Shown here piece by piece: positions 38,636 to 47,637 of a stretch of 64,000 nt of DNA. The first letter of the stretch is position 1; each line of letters opens with the position of its first letter. The notes beneath the pieces were generated by a model, which made no database searches, had not been told where the DNA came from, and was given only the letters and a program-made list of their open reading frames with translations. Position numbers and translations under genes: made by a program. This DNA is from Candidatus Hydrogenedentota bacterium. Lineage in GTDB: Bacteria; Hydrogenedentota; Hydrogenedentia; Hydrogenedentales; SLHB01. The stretch is from NCBI GenBank assembly GCA_963668025.2, contig CAXXTH010000018.1, forward strand, positions 416,001-480,000. The letters run 5' to 3'.

Positions 38636-39913
38636 TTAATCCGGGTCCTGCGCCAGCGCGCGATTGGTTATGGCCGCTGCCTTTTTCAGGCCTTCCTCCG
38701 GTGTTTCCTTGTTCAATAAAACCAGGCTTAAGGTGCGCTGCAATTCTGTTACCCCTTCGGTGTACCGGTAATTCGCGTCAGGGAACACATAGTAGTCAAT
38801 ATCCCGCGCCAGCGACGACATGTACTGGTCTGACTTAAAAATATCGGTATCGATCAGCGATTTGCGCGCGGGCACCATATGTGCATTCAATAGTTCCAGA
38901 CTAAGGTCGCTCAGGTATTTCATGAACATGATGGAGGCCTCGATACGTTTTGGATCTGGCCAGCGCTGTTTGAATGCCGTAATCGTGTGCGAACCCGTGA
39001 TGATGGCGCGGCGCTTGGTGCCCAGGTTGATCATGGAGGTTGCGCCAAACCGCAGGTTTGGCATCCCCTTGCACGAGGCCAGCATCCAGACGCCATCCAG
39101 CATCATAGCGGACATCCCCCGCTTAAACGGATCGATGGCTTCCACGCCGCGGGTGTTTTTCGGCGAATATTCATATTTATAAATGAGGTCATACATGAAT
39201 TGCAGCGCATCGATGCCCGCCTCGGAATCGTATTGAACGGTCTTGTAATTGGCGTCAAACAGGTGGCCGCCATTACTGAAAAATATGCTTTGCCAAAGCA
39301 AGTAATGCGGCCAGTCGGTGGGTATGATGCATGGCAGCACGGATTCCCCGTTGACCTTGATATTAGCGTCCTTGATCTTCTGGCAATACTCGAGGAACTC
39401 CGCGCGCGATTCCGGCGGGCGTTCGGGATCGAGGCCCGCTTTCTCGAAAAGATCCTTGTTCCAATAGAAGACAAATGGATGAAAATCGAGCGGCACGCCG
39501 TATTGCTTGCCATCATGAAAACTGACCTCGCGCGCTATGGGGAAATAATCATCCATGGGAAACTGATCGAGCCAGGGCATGATATCGAGCACGATGCCCT
39601 GCTCGATCACGGCATTAATGGAATTGTAATGCACCAGGCCTACGTCCGGGCCGCGTTTACTGCGGAGCGACAACGACAGTTTGCTGTAAAAATCCGCCCA
39701 CGGCATGACGCACATGTTGACTTTGATTTCACCCTCATGCAGCGTGTTGAACTGGTTCACGATATCTTGCAGATATTTCCCGTCACGGCTGGTGAACCCG
39801 TTCCAAAAATCAATCTCGACGACCTCCGCGAAACCGAGCCCGCCCATGCATAGCAACAACACAAACGCGGCGCACCGAAGAAAAAAGGGCGTATATATGG
39901 ACTTGCAGGTCAC
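38636..39913 (-). CDS. Carbohydrate ABC transporter substrate-binding protein (SBP_bac_1)
   Basis: Signal peptide, FWNGFT, PDV, DGKQYGVP and YWNKDLFEKAGLDP motifs. Confidence 0.9.
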   Translation of the reverse strand: MTCKSIYTPFFLRCAAFVLLLCMGGLGFAEVVEIDFWNGFTSRDGKYLQDIVNQFNTLHEGEIKVNMCVMPWADFYSKLSLSLRSKRGPDVGLVHYNSINAVIEQGIVLDIMPWLDQFPMDDYFPIAREVSFHDGKQYGVPLDFHPFVFYWNKDLFEKAGLDPERPPESRAEFLEYCQKIKDANIKVNGESVLPCIIPTDWPHYLLWQSIFFSNGGHLFDANYKTVQYDSEAGIDALQFMYDLIYKYEYSPKNTRGVEAIDPFKRGMSAMMLDGVWMLASCKGMPNLRFGATSMINLGTKRRAIITGSHTITAFKQRWPDPKRIEASIMFMKYLSDLSLELLNAHMVPARKSLIDTDIFKSDQYMSSLARDIDYYVFPDANYRYTEGVTELQRTLSLVLLNKETPEEGLKKAAAITNRALAQDPD

Positions 39914-40228
39914 GTGAACGCTCCTTAATAATAAACAGTAAAAACCTTACCTTCACAACATACTCAACTTGCCCAGGCGCTCCTCTTCGTCATTCCCGCG
40001 AAGAAGAGCGTTTCCATCATGAGCCGGGCATTCTCGCCCATCCCGCGTAATTTGAAAGATATCCTTCACGGCAATGGCGAAGCAGGCAGGCGGCGGGAAG
40101 ACGCGGGGCGCTCCCCGCCGCTGTCTATGTATCTATACTCCGTAACTAAACCTTATCCTGGCGCCCGGCAAAATGGCGCATGGGCGCATCTGCAAGAAGA
40201 AATATCCTGGGCATGCCCCACCGGGAGT

Positions 40229-42601
40229 CTATCCCTGAATGGGCCTGCCGGGGAGCCCAAGCGCCTCTATCAGATTGGTATCGACTTGCGCGGGAACCGC
40301 CGGATCGAATGGCTCCCGGCCTTCCGGTTTCATAATCGTAAATACTTCATTATACGACCAGTAGGACCATCCAATGTTATGCGCTTCGAATACTTCCCGC
40401 GTATCGCGGAAGAACGCCCACCGATCAGCCTCTTTGACGCCTCCCTGGCATGCTCCTAACGCGCCGAATTCCCCGATCCATATCCGAAGGTTATTGCCAT
40501 ACGAAGCGTTCCAGTCCAAAACCGGTTTAAGCCGTGCGTCTAGCCGTTCCTTGTTCCAGCGTTCATAGCCATATTCCATTGTCGCTTTTCGGACCGCATC
40601 CTGTTTTTCCACGGGGATTTTGGCAAGGATCTCTGGCAATACCGCTTCGACATTCTCCGGGGTTGATGGATAGGGCAAGCCAGCCAAAGGCTTTAGTACA
40701 TCTCCCCAATACTCTCCACCTTGAAATGTGAAAATAGTGGGGTCATAAGTAGTAAACATATACATCACATTTGAGTCATTCACCGGTATGATGTTGGGCA
40801 TGCCGGAAATATGCCCGGCCCTGTCCCCGCTCAGAATCAGAGTGTGCTTGGGCATTTGGCGGCGGACGGTTTCCCACATGCGATACTGGAGCGGCGTCCA
40901 GTCATAGGCATTTCCAAATGGCTCCGTCATCAATTCGAAGGCAAGCTGTTCGGGCGTCCATCGTTGCGCCATATATGCGGCGAATGCTTCGTAAAATTTC
41001 AGCATTTTTTGGAAATCATACGAGCTGGCAAGATAGACATATTTGAAAGGCAGTTCCGGATGGATGCATACCACCACGGGCAGGCCCTTGCCAACCACCA
41101 GATTCACTATCTCGTCGATATACCACATATTCTCCGCCTTTATACCATCGGCGGTTATATATGTGTGCGGGGTAATTAGCAGCTTGATGTGGTCCACGCC
41201 CGTCGACTTGATTATTTCGATATCATTATCGGTAATCTCCATCCCGTCTGGCGGCGGAACCGTCCCACTCCATTGCCTCCGGTCAATGACAATGCCTTTT
41301 CGCAAGGCCAGTGTGGGTTCCGCGCAAGGCGGGGTCATAACCGCTCTGTTTCCAATCGGCGATTCGTCTATGAACCCTGTTTGCTCATCATAAGCATCGA
41401 AATGCCAGAGGCTGATGGTGTTCTCGTCACAGGTGAAAGGTGTGGAGGGTTTGGCTTTTACATCGCGGATGCCTTTTGAGATACGGATTTCATCTACTAA
41501 TGGCGATCTTCCTTCCAATTTATCGTATGGAGATCCACCAATACATAAGGGGCCTTTTAGGCCGGGATCAACCAAAGAATTATCCCCAAATATAAGAGCG
41601 GGAAGATTTGCGGCCGGCTCTTTGAGCGCCGGAGGGCCAAATACCCCAAATTCGTCAATACAGGGCTGCCTCACTTCTCCTTCCCGAGATGAGACCGTGA
41701 CCTTGACAAAATGGGCCGTCACTGGCTGTACAAAAATGCCAATGGTCTTGCGGATATCATACCCCTCAAGCTGGGTAATGCCGCCTTGGCTAAATACGGT
41801 CGTCCAGTTCGCGCCATCCATTGATGTCTCTATTTGGATGTAGTCCGTCTGCCTGTCCGTTACCTGCTTCGCACGATCTCTTCCCAAGGTGAATAAGCTG
41901 ATGGTCCGGTCTGTTCCCAGATCAATTTGAAAAAATCCCTTCGTTTCCGAGGGAATCCAGGCGCTATTATTGCCATACTGGCCATCATTGAGACTCGCCC
42001 CAACATGCGCTATTTCCCCCTCTTCTTTAGCTAGCTCGGAAGAAACCGCCGCCGGTTTCGCGCCATTACCCACAAAGGCATAATTATCCGGGCTCGATGG
42101 GCTCTCCACCTTCAGCAGTTCAAGCAGGCTAGGCTCAACGGGCGACACTTTATCCAACGCCAGCGTACCATCCACATAGAGTTGCTGCCTTTTCTCTTCA
42201 ATGAGTAATGCAACATAATGCCATTGATCATCAGCCAAATTGGCTACCGTATTGGCTTTTGTCGGCTCACCATCTGGACTGGCCAGTGACAACTCACCAG
42301 TTCCTGGCCCATAAATGACGCCCCAGTGGCTGAAAGACTCCTTTAGGCAGGACGAAATGACCGTACCACATTGATTCCCATTACGAAGCTTTATCCAGCC
42401 TTCCACGGTGATGGGATACTCGGCATATCCAGAAAGAAAAGGCGCCTCCACCCATTTCCCCGGCTGGGCTGGCGCACTGAGAGCCAGGCCAAACTTGCCT
42501 GGCTCCAAAGGCTTGATCTGAGATTCGCCTGCTGAACTTGGAGCATTCCAAATAGACAATACGCACACACATGCCATGGAGATAACAGCGCTCATTTTCA
42601 T
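40229..42601 (-). CDS. Secreted multidomain GH5: LamG/concanavalin-like domain + F5/8 (CBM32-like) domain + GH5 catalytic domain
   Basis: Signal peptide; LamG motifs TVEGWIK...DDQWHYVA...LYVDG...VDEIRIS; F5/8 motifs FQIDLG...IETSMDGANWT; GH5 motifs ELMTEP and IGEFG. Confidence 0.82.
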   Translation of the reverse strand: MKMSAVISMACVCVLSIWNAPSSAGESQIKPLEPGKFGLALSAPAQPGKWVEAPFLSGYAEYPITVEGWIKLRNGNQCGTVISSCLKESFSHWGVIYGPGTGELSLASPDGEPTKANTVANLADDQWHYVALLIEEKRQQLYVDGTLALDKVSPVEPSLLELLKVESPSSPDNYAFVGNGAKPAAVSSELAKEEGEIAHVGASLNDGQYGNNSAWIPSETKGFFQIDLGTDRTISLFTLGRDRAKQVTDRQTDYIQIETSMDGANWTTVFSQGGITQLEGYDIRKTIGIFVQPVTAHFVKVTVSSREGEVRQPCIDEFGVFGPPALKEPAANLPALIFGDNSLVDPGLKGPLCIGGSPYDKLEGRSPLVDEIRISKGIRDVKAKPSTPFTCDENTISLWHFDAYDEQTGFIDESPIGNRAVMTPPCAEPTLALRKGIVIDRRQWSGTVPPPDGMEITDNDIEIIKSTGVDHIKLLITPHTYITADGIKAENMWYIDEIVNLVVGKGLPVVVCIHPELPFKYVYLASSYDFQKMLKFYEAFAAYMAQRWTPEQLAFELMTEPFGNAYDWTPLQYRMWETVRRQMPKHTLILSGDRAGHISGMPNIIPVNDSNVMYMFTTYDPTIFTFQGGEYWGDVLKPLAGLPYPSTPENVEAVLPEILAKIPVEKQDAVRKATMEYGYERWNKERLDARLKPVLDWNASYGNNLRIWIGEFGALGACQGGVKEADRWAFFRDTREVFEAHNIGWSYWSYNEVFTIMKPEGREPFDPAVPAQVDTNLIEALGLPGRPIQG

Positions 42602-42766
42602 AGAATCTTCTCCGTAATTATGTATAACAGCCATTTTATGGTTCTTTATGTAATACACTTCACATCAAAGAAAATTATCCCATATGAAACACCGGTTGCA
42701 TTTCATAAAAAAAGTTATGCTGGCCAGGCGAAGCAAATGTGCGTTTTACCCGCCTCATATATCACA

Positions 42767-43957
42767 TCATGATTTAGACAGCGTATCAAAATGTTCAATA
42801 ATCTCCTCTATTTCCATGTTGTCTTCGGGTATATATTGCCGCCAAAAGCGGACCGACTCGGCTATCTCATCGAGGGCTGCACGCGTGTCACATGCCGTTG
42901 GCAGGAAAATCTCCAGTGTCAAATAGGCATGGGACACTTTTTTTAGTTCATGCATCTCTTCCCGCTGGCAGGAACTATGGATCGCTTTGAAGACTTTCGC
43001 AGGCGAGATGATGCCGTCCGCATTGTTCGCGGCAGTGAACGCCTTGTGGCTGCTGGCTTTCCCATTCGTTTGCTGAAGATGAATAATAGGGGAAAAGCAA
43101 GCAAGGTTTTCCAGCCAGGCATACGGATTCGAATCCCTCATATCGCAAAAGAGATAGGGGCGCTTTTGAGCATGCTCCGTGAATTCATCGAGCAACTCTC
43201 CAAAGGCGGCGCCTTCGTGCGCCTTCTCCCAAAAATAAGAGTAATTCCGGCGGGTTCCCAAATGTATCGGATAATAATCGCCCTTCTTGGCGGCGGATAT
43301 GAAACACTTCACCGCTTCCTCTGACGGATGGGCAAAGCGCGCCTGTCCGGACTGATGGCCGGTATCAAGAGTAATATAGATCCCGGAATCATTTTTGGCG
43401 TCGTTTATTTTTCGTAGAAACTCGAGGGTTCCTTCTATCGTCCAAGGAACCTGGTGAGGTGAATACATTTGTTCCACACTTAGATAGGGCAGCTTTAGGG
43501 TGTTTGCGTAGGCCGAGATCTCTTGAAGGTCATCCACCAAATTGCCAAACGCTTCCGCATAAAAAATAGGGTTGTCAAGCACGCTTTCCGAAAAGGCATG
43601 GGTATAGAAACCTAAGCCCGCGCCCAGTTCAGAGGCGAATCGTATCATCGCCTTGATCCAATTGTCCTTGATGTGCTGGCGCACACTAGGATCGGTATGC
43701 GCCAAGCCAAGTGTCGAGTATGTTCCATGGCCGGAGTACAGATTCTGCACGCGAACCTTATACTTATCCGACGCTGCTTTCACCTCGTTTAGCCACCACT
43801 GCCGGTATGCATCGGTGGAATATAATGGATCGATTTCGTTATCGGCGCTCGCCTCCACGAAATGGAGGCCAAGGCCGTTCACAATCTCCATCCAATCCTT
43901 CGGATCAGTCCAGCGTTTCATCGCAAAACAATTGTCTATGGCAAGAGATAGCTTCAT
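42767..43957 (-). CDS. TIM-barrel sugar-phosphate epimerase, EryC (D-erythrulose-1-phosphate 3-epimerase)-like
   Basis: Metal ligands VEQM, LDTGH, IIHLQQ and LTLE. The blocks NPYAW...SPIIH...HKAFTAANN.G.I.P...IAESVRFW resemble EryC as I recall it. Confidence 0.7.
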   Translation of the reverse strand: MKLSLAIDNCFAMKRWTDPKDWMEIVNGLGLHFVEASADNEIDPLYSTDAYRQWWLNEVKAASDKYKVRVQNLYSGHGTYSTLGLAHTDPSVRQHIKDNWIKAMIRFASELGAGLGFYTHAFSESVLDNPIFYAEAFGNLVDDLQEISAYANTLKLPYLSVEQMYSPHQVPWTIEGTLEFLRKINDAKNDSGIYITLDTGHQSGQARFAHPSEEAVKCFISAAKKGDYYPIHLGTRRNYSYFWEKAHEGAAFGELLDEFTEHAQKRPYLFCDMRDSNPYAWLENLACFSPIIHLQQTNGKASSHKAFTAANNADGIISPAKVFKAIHSSCQREEMHELKKVSHAYLTLEIFLPTACDTRAALDEIAESVRFWRQYIPEDNMEIEEIIEHFDTLSKS

Positions 43958-43966
43958 GCGCGCTTA

Positions 43967-45478
43967 TTACTCCTTAACACTTCCAGCGAGGGAATGATCA
44001 AATAGATTAGCCATCTTCATATCGATTTTATCCCAGATCGGGTTCGGCATGGGGTCGCAGCGCTGTATCTGGGATGAATGCCCTATAACCTGCCGCGCCT
44101 GCGCCAGCGAATCCAGCGCGCCAACCGTTGCGGCTTGTATGGCGGCATTGCCCAGCACAGCCGTCTCAGCAGGGCCGGCAAGGACCTTCACCCCACATGC
44201 ATCGGCGATCAACTGGCACAACAGCTTATTCTTCACTGCGCCGCCCACCAGATGAATGGCCTGCGTCTTGCGCTTCAACACCTGGTCCATTTCCCGCAAC
44301 GTCTGGCGGCATTTCAGGGCCATGCTATCGAGCGCACACCGGACGAATGCGCCGCGCGAATCCGGCGCGTGCTGGCCGGTCTCCTGGCATATTTCACGGA
44401 TGATCTGCGTCATGTCTTCCGGCGCATATAAGCGGGGATCATCCACATCAATGATCGAGGCAAAGGGTTCCGCGGCTTCCGCCTCCGCCGTCAGTTGATC
44501 ATAGTCAACCCGAGTTCCTTGCCTGCTGAAAATCCTGCGGCACTCCTGCAGGATCCACATCCCAATGAAAGTCTTGTAGAAGTTTGTCTTGCCTTCCGCG
44601 CCCGCTTCATTGGAAAATCCTAAATAGAAGCTATCATCCGTTATGAGCGGTTTGCTTATTTCCGTGCCCATGATGGCCCAGGTGCCGCAAGAAATGCAGG
44701 CCCAGGGTATCGAGGCGTCGGTTATGGGAGCCCCAGCAAAAGCGGATGCCGTGTCATGTGTTGCGGGTGTAATGATCCGCGTACTTGGATCAAGCCCTGT
44801 CTCTTTGGCCACTGCGGGGAGCAAGGTCCCCAGTATCGTTCCCGCCGGGGTGATCTCTTTGAATAGGTGGCGCGGCAGGCCTAATCGTGCAATGATTTCA
44901 TCGTGCCAAGTGCCAGTCGCCGCATTGATAAGCTGGGTGGTGGAAGCATTGGTGTACTCACAGGACTGCCGCCCGCTCAGGAGATAGTGAAACAGATCCC
45001 CCATCATCAGAAACGAGTCCGCGACTTCCAATAGCGGCGACTTTGCCAAACTCAAGGCATGCAACTGGAAAATAGTATTGAATTGGTTGAAGTTCACCCC
45101 CGTGAGGTTATACAGCTCCCGCTTCGAGATAATCTGATAGGTAAGCTCGGGAACGCCTTCGGTGCGTTTATCGCGGTAATGAACCGGATTTCCCAGCATA
45201 ATGCCGTCGCGGCCAAGCAAGGCGAAATCGACCCCCCACGTGGTGATCGCTAGGCCGTCCAAAAAGGATTTATATCTTCTGGAGCATTCCGCCAATCCGG
45301 CAAGCAGTTCGTTATAAATAAAGACCGTATCCCATTGCATAAGGCCAAGCATCGTCGCATTCTTAGTGGGAAATCTATAGAACTCTTCTACTTCGATTTG
45401 CTCACCAGACAATCTGCAAAAGTGCATGCGGCCTGTGGACGCTCCAATATCCACTGACACAAATGCATAACTTTTCAT
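43967..45478 (-). CDS. FGGY carbohydrate kinase, rhamnulokinase/fuculokinase-like
   Basis: VDIGASTGR, TWGVDF, PVHYRDKRT, EYTNASTTQL, ATHDTASA, SCGTW and FSNEAG motifs. Confidence 0.88.
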   Translation of the reverse strand: MKSYAFVSVDIGASTGRMHFCRLSGEQIEVEEFYRFPTKNATMLGLMQWDTVFIYNELLAGLAECSRRYKSFLDGLAITTWGVDFALLGRDGIMLGNPVHYRDKRTEGVPELTYQIISKRELYNLTGVNFNQFNTIFQLHALSLAKSPLLEVADSFLMMGDLFHYLLSGRQSCEYTNASTTQLINAATGTWHDEIIARLGLPRHLFKEITPAGTILGTLLPAVAKETGLDPSTRIITPATHDTASAFAGAPITDASIPWACISCGTWAIMGTEISKPLITDDSFYLGFSNEAGAEGKTNFYKTFIGMWILQECRRIFSRQGTRVDYDQLTAEAEAAEPFASIIDVDDPRLYAPEDMTQIIREICQETGQHAPDSRGAFVRCALDSMALKCRQTLREMDQVLKRKTQAIHLVGGAVKNKLLCQLIADACGVKVLAGPAETAVLGNAAIQAATVGALDSLAQARQVIGHSSQIQRCDPMPNPIWDKIDMKMANLFDHSLAGSVKE

Positions 45479-45622
45479 AACATCGTATCTCCTGTTTCTT
45501 CAATCAAGCAGTCATGCTATATGCTGCACGGAAAGCTCGCTTAACGCCGGTTACAGCGTTTTGGCGAATCAGCATTATTGTAGCTGCGACAACGCAGTAT
45601 CGAAAAAAGTATGCCTTTTTGA

Positions 45623-47455
45623 CTAACGGCGCTTAATCCTAAGGTAATAAGCACCCGAAGATGAGCCATCATTCCGAATTAACCATGTCTCAATTTTTAG
45701 GCCGCCAGCCTTTAAGGGCAACGAAAAATCCGCGCTGCGCATCCCATCCTGAATGTCCTGGCGCACATCGAGATCATTCACCTTCAGGCGGGCCTCGGTA
45801 ATGGCAAGCGCGTTGCCATTTGGCGGCGCGCCTGTTATAGGCGTATTCAACTCTTCCGGCCAGCGCATTATGGAGAAATCGTATATTCCATCGCATGCGG
45901 CAGCAACCAGGAAGTGGCCATTTACCAACTCGCCATTCAGCACAAGAGTTCTACTAAACAAAGGCGCGCTTTTTTTCTCCGATTCATCGCTGAGCCATTG
46001 TTCCGGGCACAAAGTAATCGGGTTCTCCTGGTCCGCGCCAATAATCATTCTACGCTGGGTATGGTCGTCCTTCTTTTTACACTGCGCTAGTTCCGCTTGC
46101 AGTTTCGCCACGACATCCGGGTATTGCGCGGCCACATTATTCAATTGCGATGGATCCGCTTGCATATCATACAGCCGGTCGTTATGGACCAGCCGCCATT
46201 GCTGCGTCATGGCCACCCCGGAAAACGACTCGATGATCGTCCGGTCTGGGTATGCGCCACTATTTCCTTCCAGAAGCGCCTGCAAACTCACTCCATCAAA
46301 AACGGTATCCGCTGGGGGATTGATGCCTGCTAGAGCTATCAGCGTCGGCAAGACGTCAATATGCGCACAAAGCTGGCCCATTTGTCGGCCGCCGTCGAGA
46401 TGTCCACTTGGCCACCGCACGAAAAACGGCACTCGGTGGCCGCCATCATAAGGCGAAGCTTTTTGGCCGCGCATGCCCGCATTATAGCCTTGAGCCAATT
46501 CCGCTGGATGAGGAGCCGCACTTGGGACACCCGCTAAGGGACGATAACCGGGATCTTCTGGATCTTCCATTGTGAAGGAGTTGCCCACCGAGCCATTATC
46601 CGTCATGAAGATCACTATGGTGTTTTCCTCGAGATCGGAATCTCTCAAGAACGCCATAAGCTTCCCTAAGTTTTCATCTATGTTTGTAATCATCCCGTAG
46701 AATTTAGGTTCGAGTATATGCTCCGCGTATTTCTCATAAGGCTCGCTGTACTTCCCATCCACAAGATAGGGCGCGTGAGGCGCGTTGACGGATAAATAAC
46801 ATAGAAAAGGTTCGCGCTGGTTGGCCTCAATAAACCGCATGGCCTCGCGGAACCAGACATCCGTGCAATAGCCTTCGTATTTTTGCTTCACGCCATTATG
46901 GGAATACACATCATCAAAATAATCATTTCGCCAATCAATGTCTCCAACCGTGGTGATCGCGCCATCCCCGAAATAAATGGCCTCTTGGAAGCCTCTATCC
47001 TGAGGGCGGTATGGATAATGATCACCGAGATGCCACTTGCCAAATAATCCCGTCCGATACCCATCCGCCGCAAACAGGTCCGCCATTGTAGGCACATCTA
47101 TTGACATAAAATTAGTGCAGTTATTTGTGCCTTGGACTCCAACATGCCTGCAATGCCGTCCTGTCATCAACGAGGCGCGGCTCGGGGAACATAACGGAGA
47201 TACATGGTAATTCGTCATGCACACACTTTGTTCGCGAAGCGCATCCATATTCGGAGTTTTTATCCATGGATTCCCGTTACACGCAAGGTCGCCGTACCCT
47301 TGGTCATCCGTCAGAATGAAAACTACATTCGGCTTTTTAGTTCCTGCCGCCAATCCTGCCCTTTCGCCCAAGGCGGATAGGGTCTTGCTGCAACCATGCA
47401 AGTGCGCCGCGCTCAACGCCAGCCCTATCGATTTTATAAAGTTGCGCCGGGTCAT
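45623..47455 (-). CDS. Arylsulfatase (S1, Cys-type), Tat-exported lipoprotein
   Basis: Tat motif TRRNF plus LHGC; PNVVFILTDDQG; FGly motif CSPSRASLMTG; GKWHLG; TDNG. Confidence 0.92.
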   Translation of the reverse strand: MTRRNFIKSIGLALSAAHLHGCSKTLSALGERAGLAAGTKKPNVVFILTDDQGYGDLACNGNPWIKTPNMDALREQSVCMTNYHVSPLCSPSRASLMTGRHCRHVGVQGTNNCTNFMSIDVPTMADLFAADGYRTGLFGKWHLGDHYPYRPQDRGFQEAIYFGDGAITTVGDIDWRNDYFDDVYSHNGVKQKYEGYCTDVWFREAMRFIEANQREPFLCYLSVNAPHAPYLVDGKYSEPYEKYAEHILEPKFYGMITNIDENLGKLMAFLRDSDLEENTIVIFMTDNGSVGNSFTMEDPEDPGYRPLAGVPSAAPHPAELAQGYNAGMRGQKASPYDGGHRVPFFVRWPSGHLDGGRQMGQLCAHIDVLPTLIALAGINPPADTVFDGVSLQALLEGNSGAYPDRTIIESFSGVAMTQQWRLVHNDRLYDMQADPSQLNNVAAQYPDVVAKLQAELAQCKKKDDHTQRRMIIGADQENPITLCPEQWLSDESEKKSAPLFSRTLVLNGELVNGHFLVAAACDGIYDFSIMRWPEELNTPITGAPPNGNALAITEARLKVNDLDVRQDIQDGMRSADFSLPLKAGGLKIETWLIRNDGSSSGAYYLRIKRR

Positions 47456-47547
47456 CTATCCGTATCTCCGAACACACTGGGCGGAAAACAAGACGGGCTT
47501 TGAGCAATACGCACACCAACAGCATAACCGGTGAAGATCTCTAGGAT

Positions 47548-47584
47548 TGCTTGCCGGGGCGTTTTTTACGCGCCCCAGCAAGCA
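47548..47584 (-). terminator. Stem-loop between the PASTA gene and the sulfatase
   Basis: Minus strand reads TGCTTGCTGGGGCG-9nt-CGCCCCGGCAAGCA. Confidence 0.45.
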
Positions 47585-47637
47585 TTTCTCAAGGCATAGG
47601 ACTAGGCTAAACTTAACTATTCAAACCAGATATTCGC

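Noticed and set aside
39989-40130. GTCATTCCCGCGAA half-repeat and GC-rich stems upstream of the ABC SBP (riboswitch?)
   Set aside because: Only half of the repeat is present, and there is no recognisable riboswitch core or convincing operator match.
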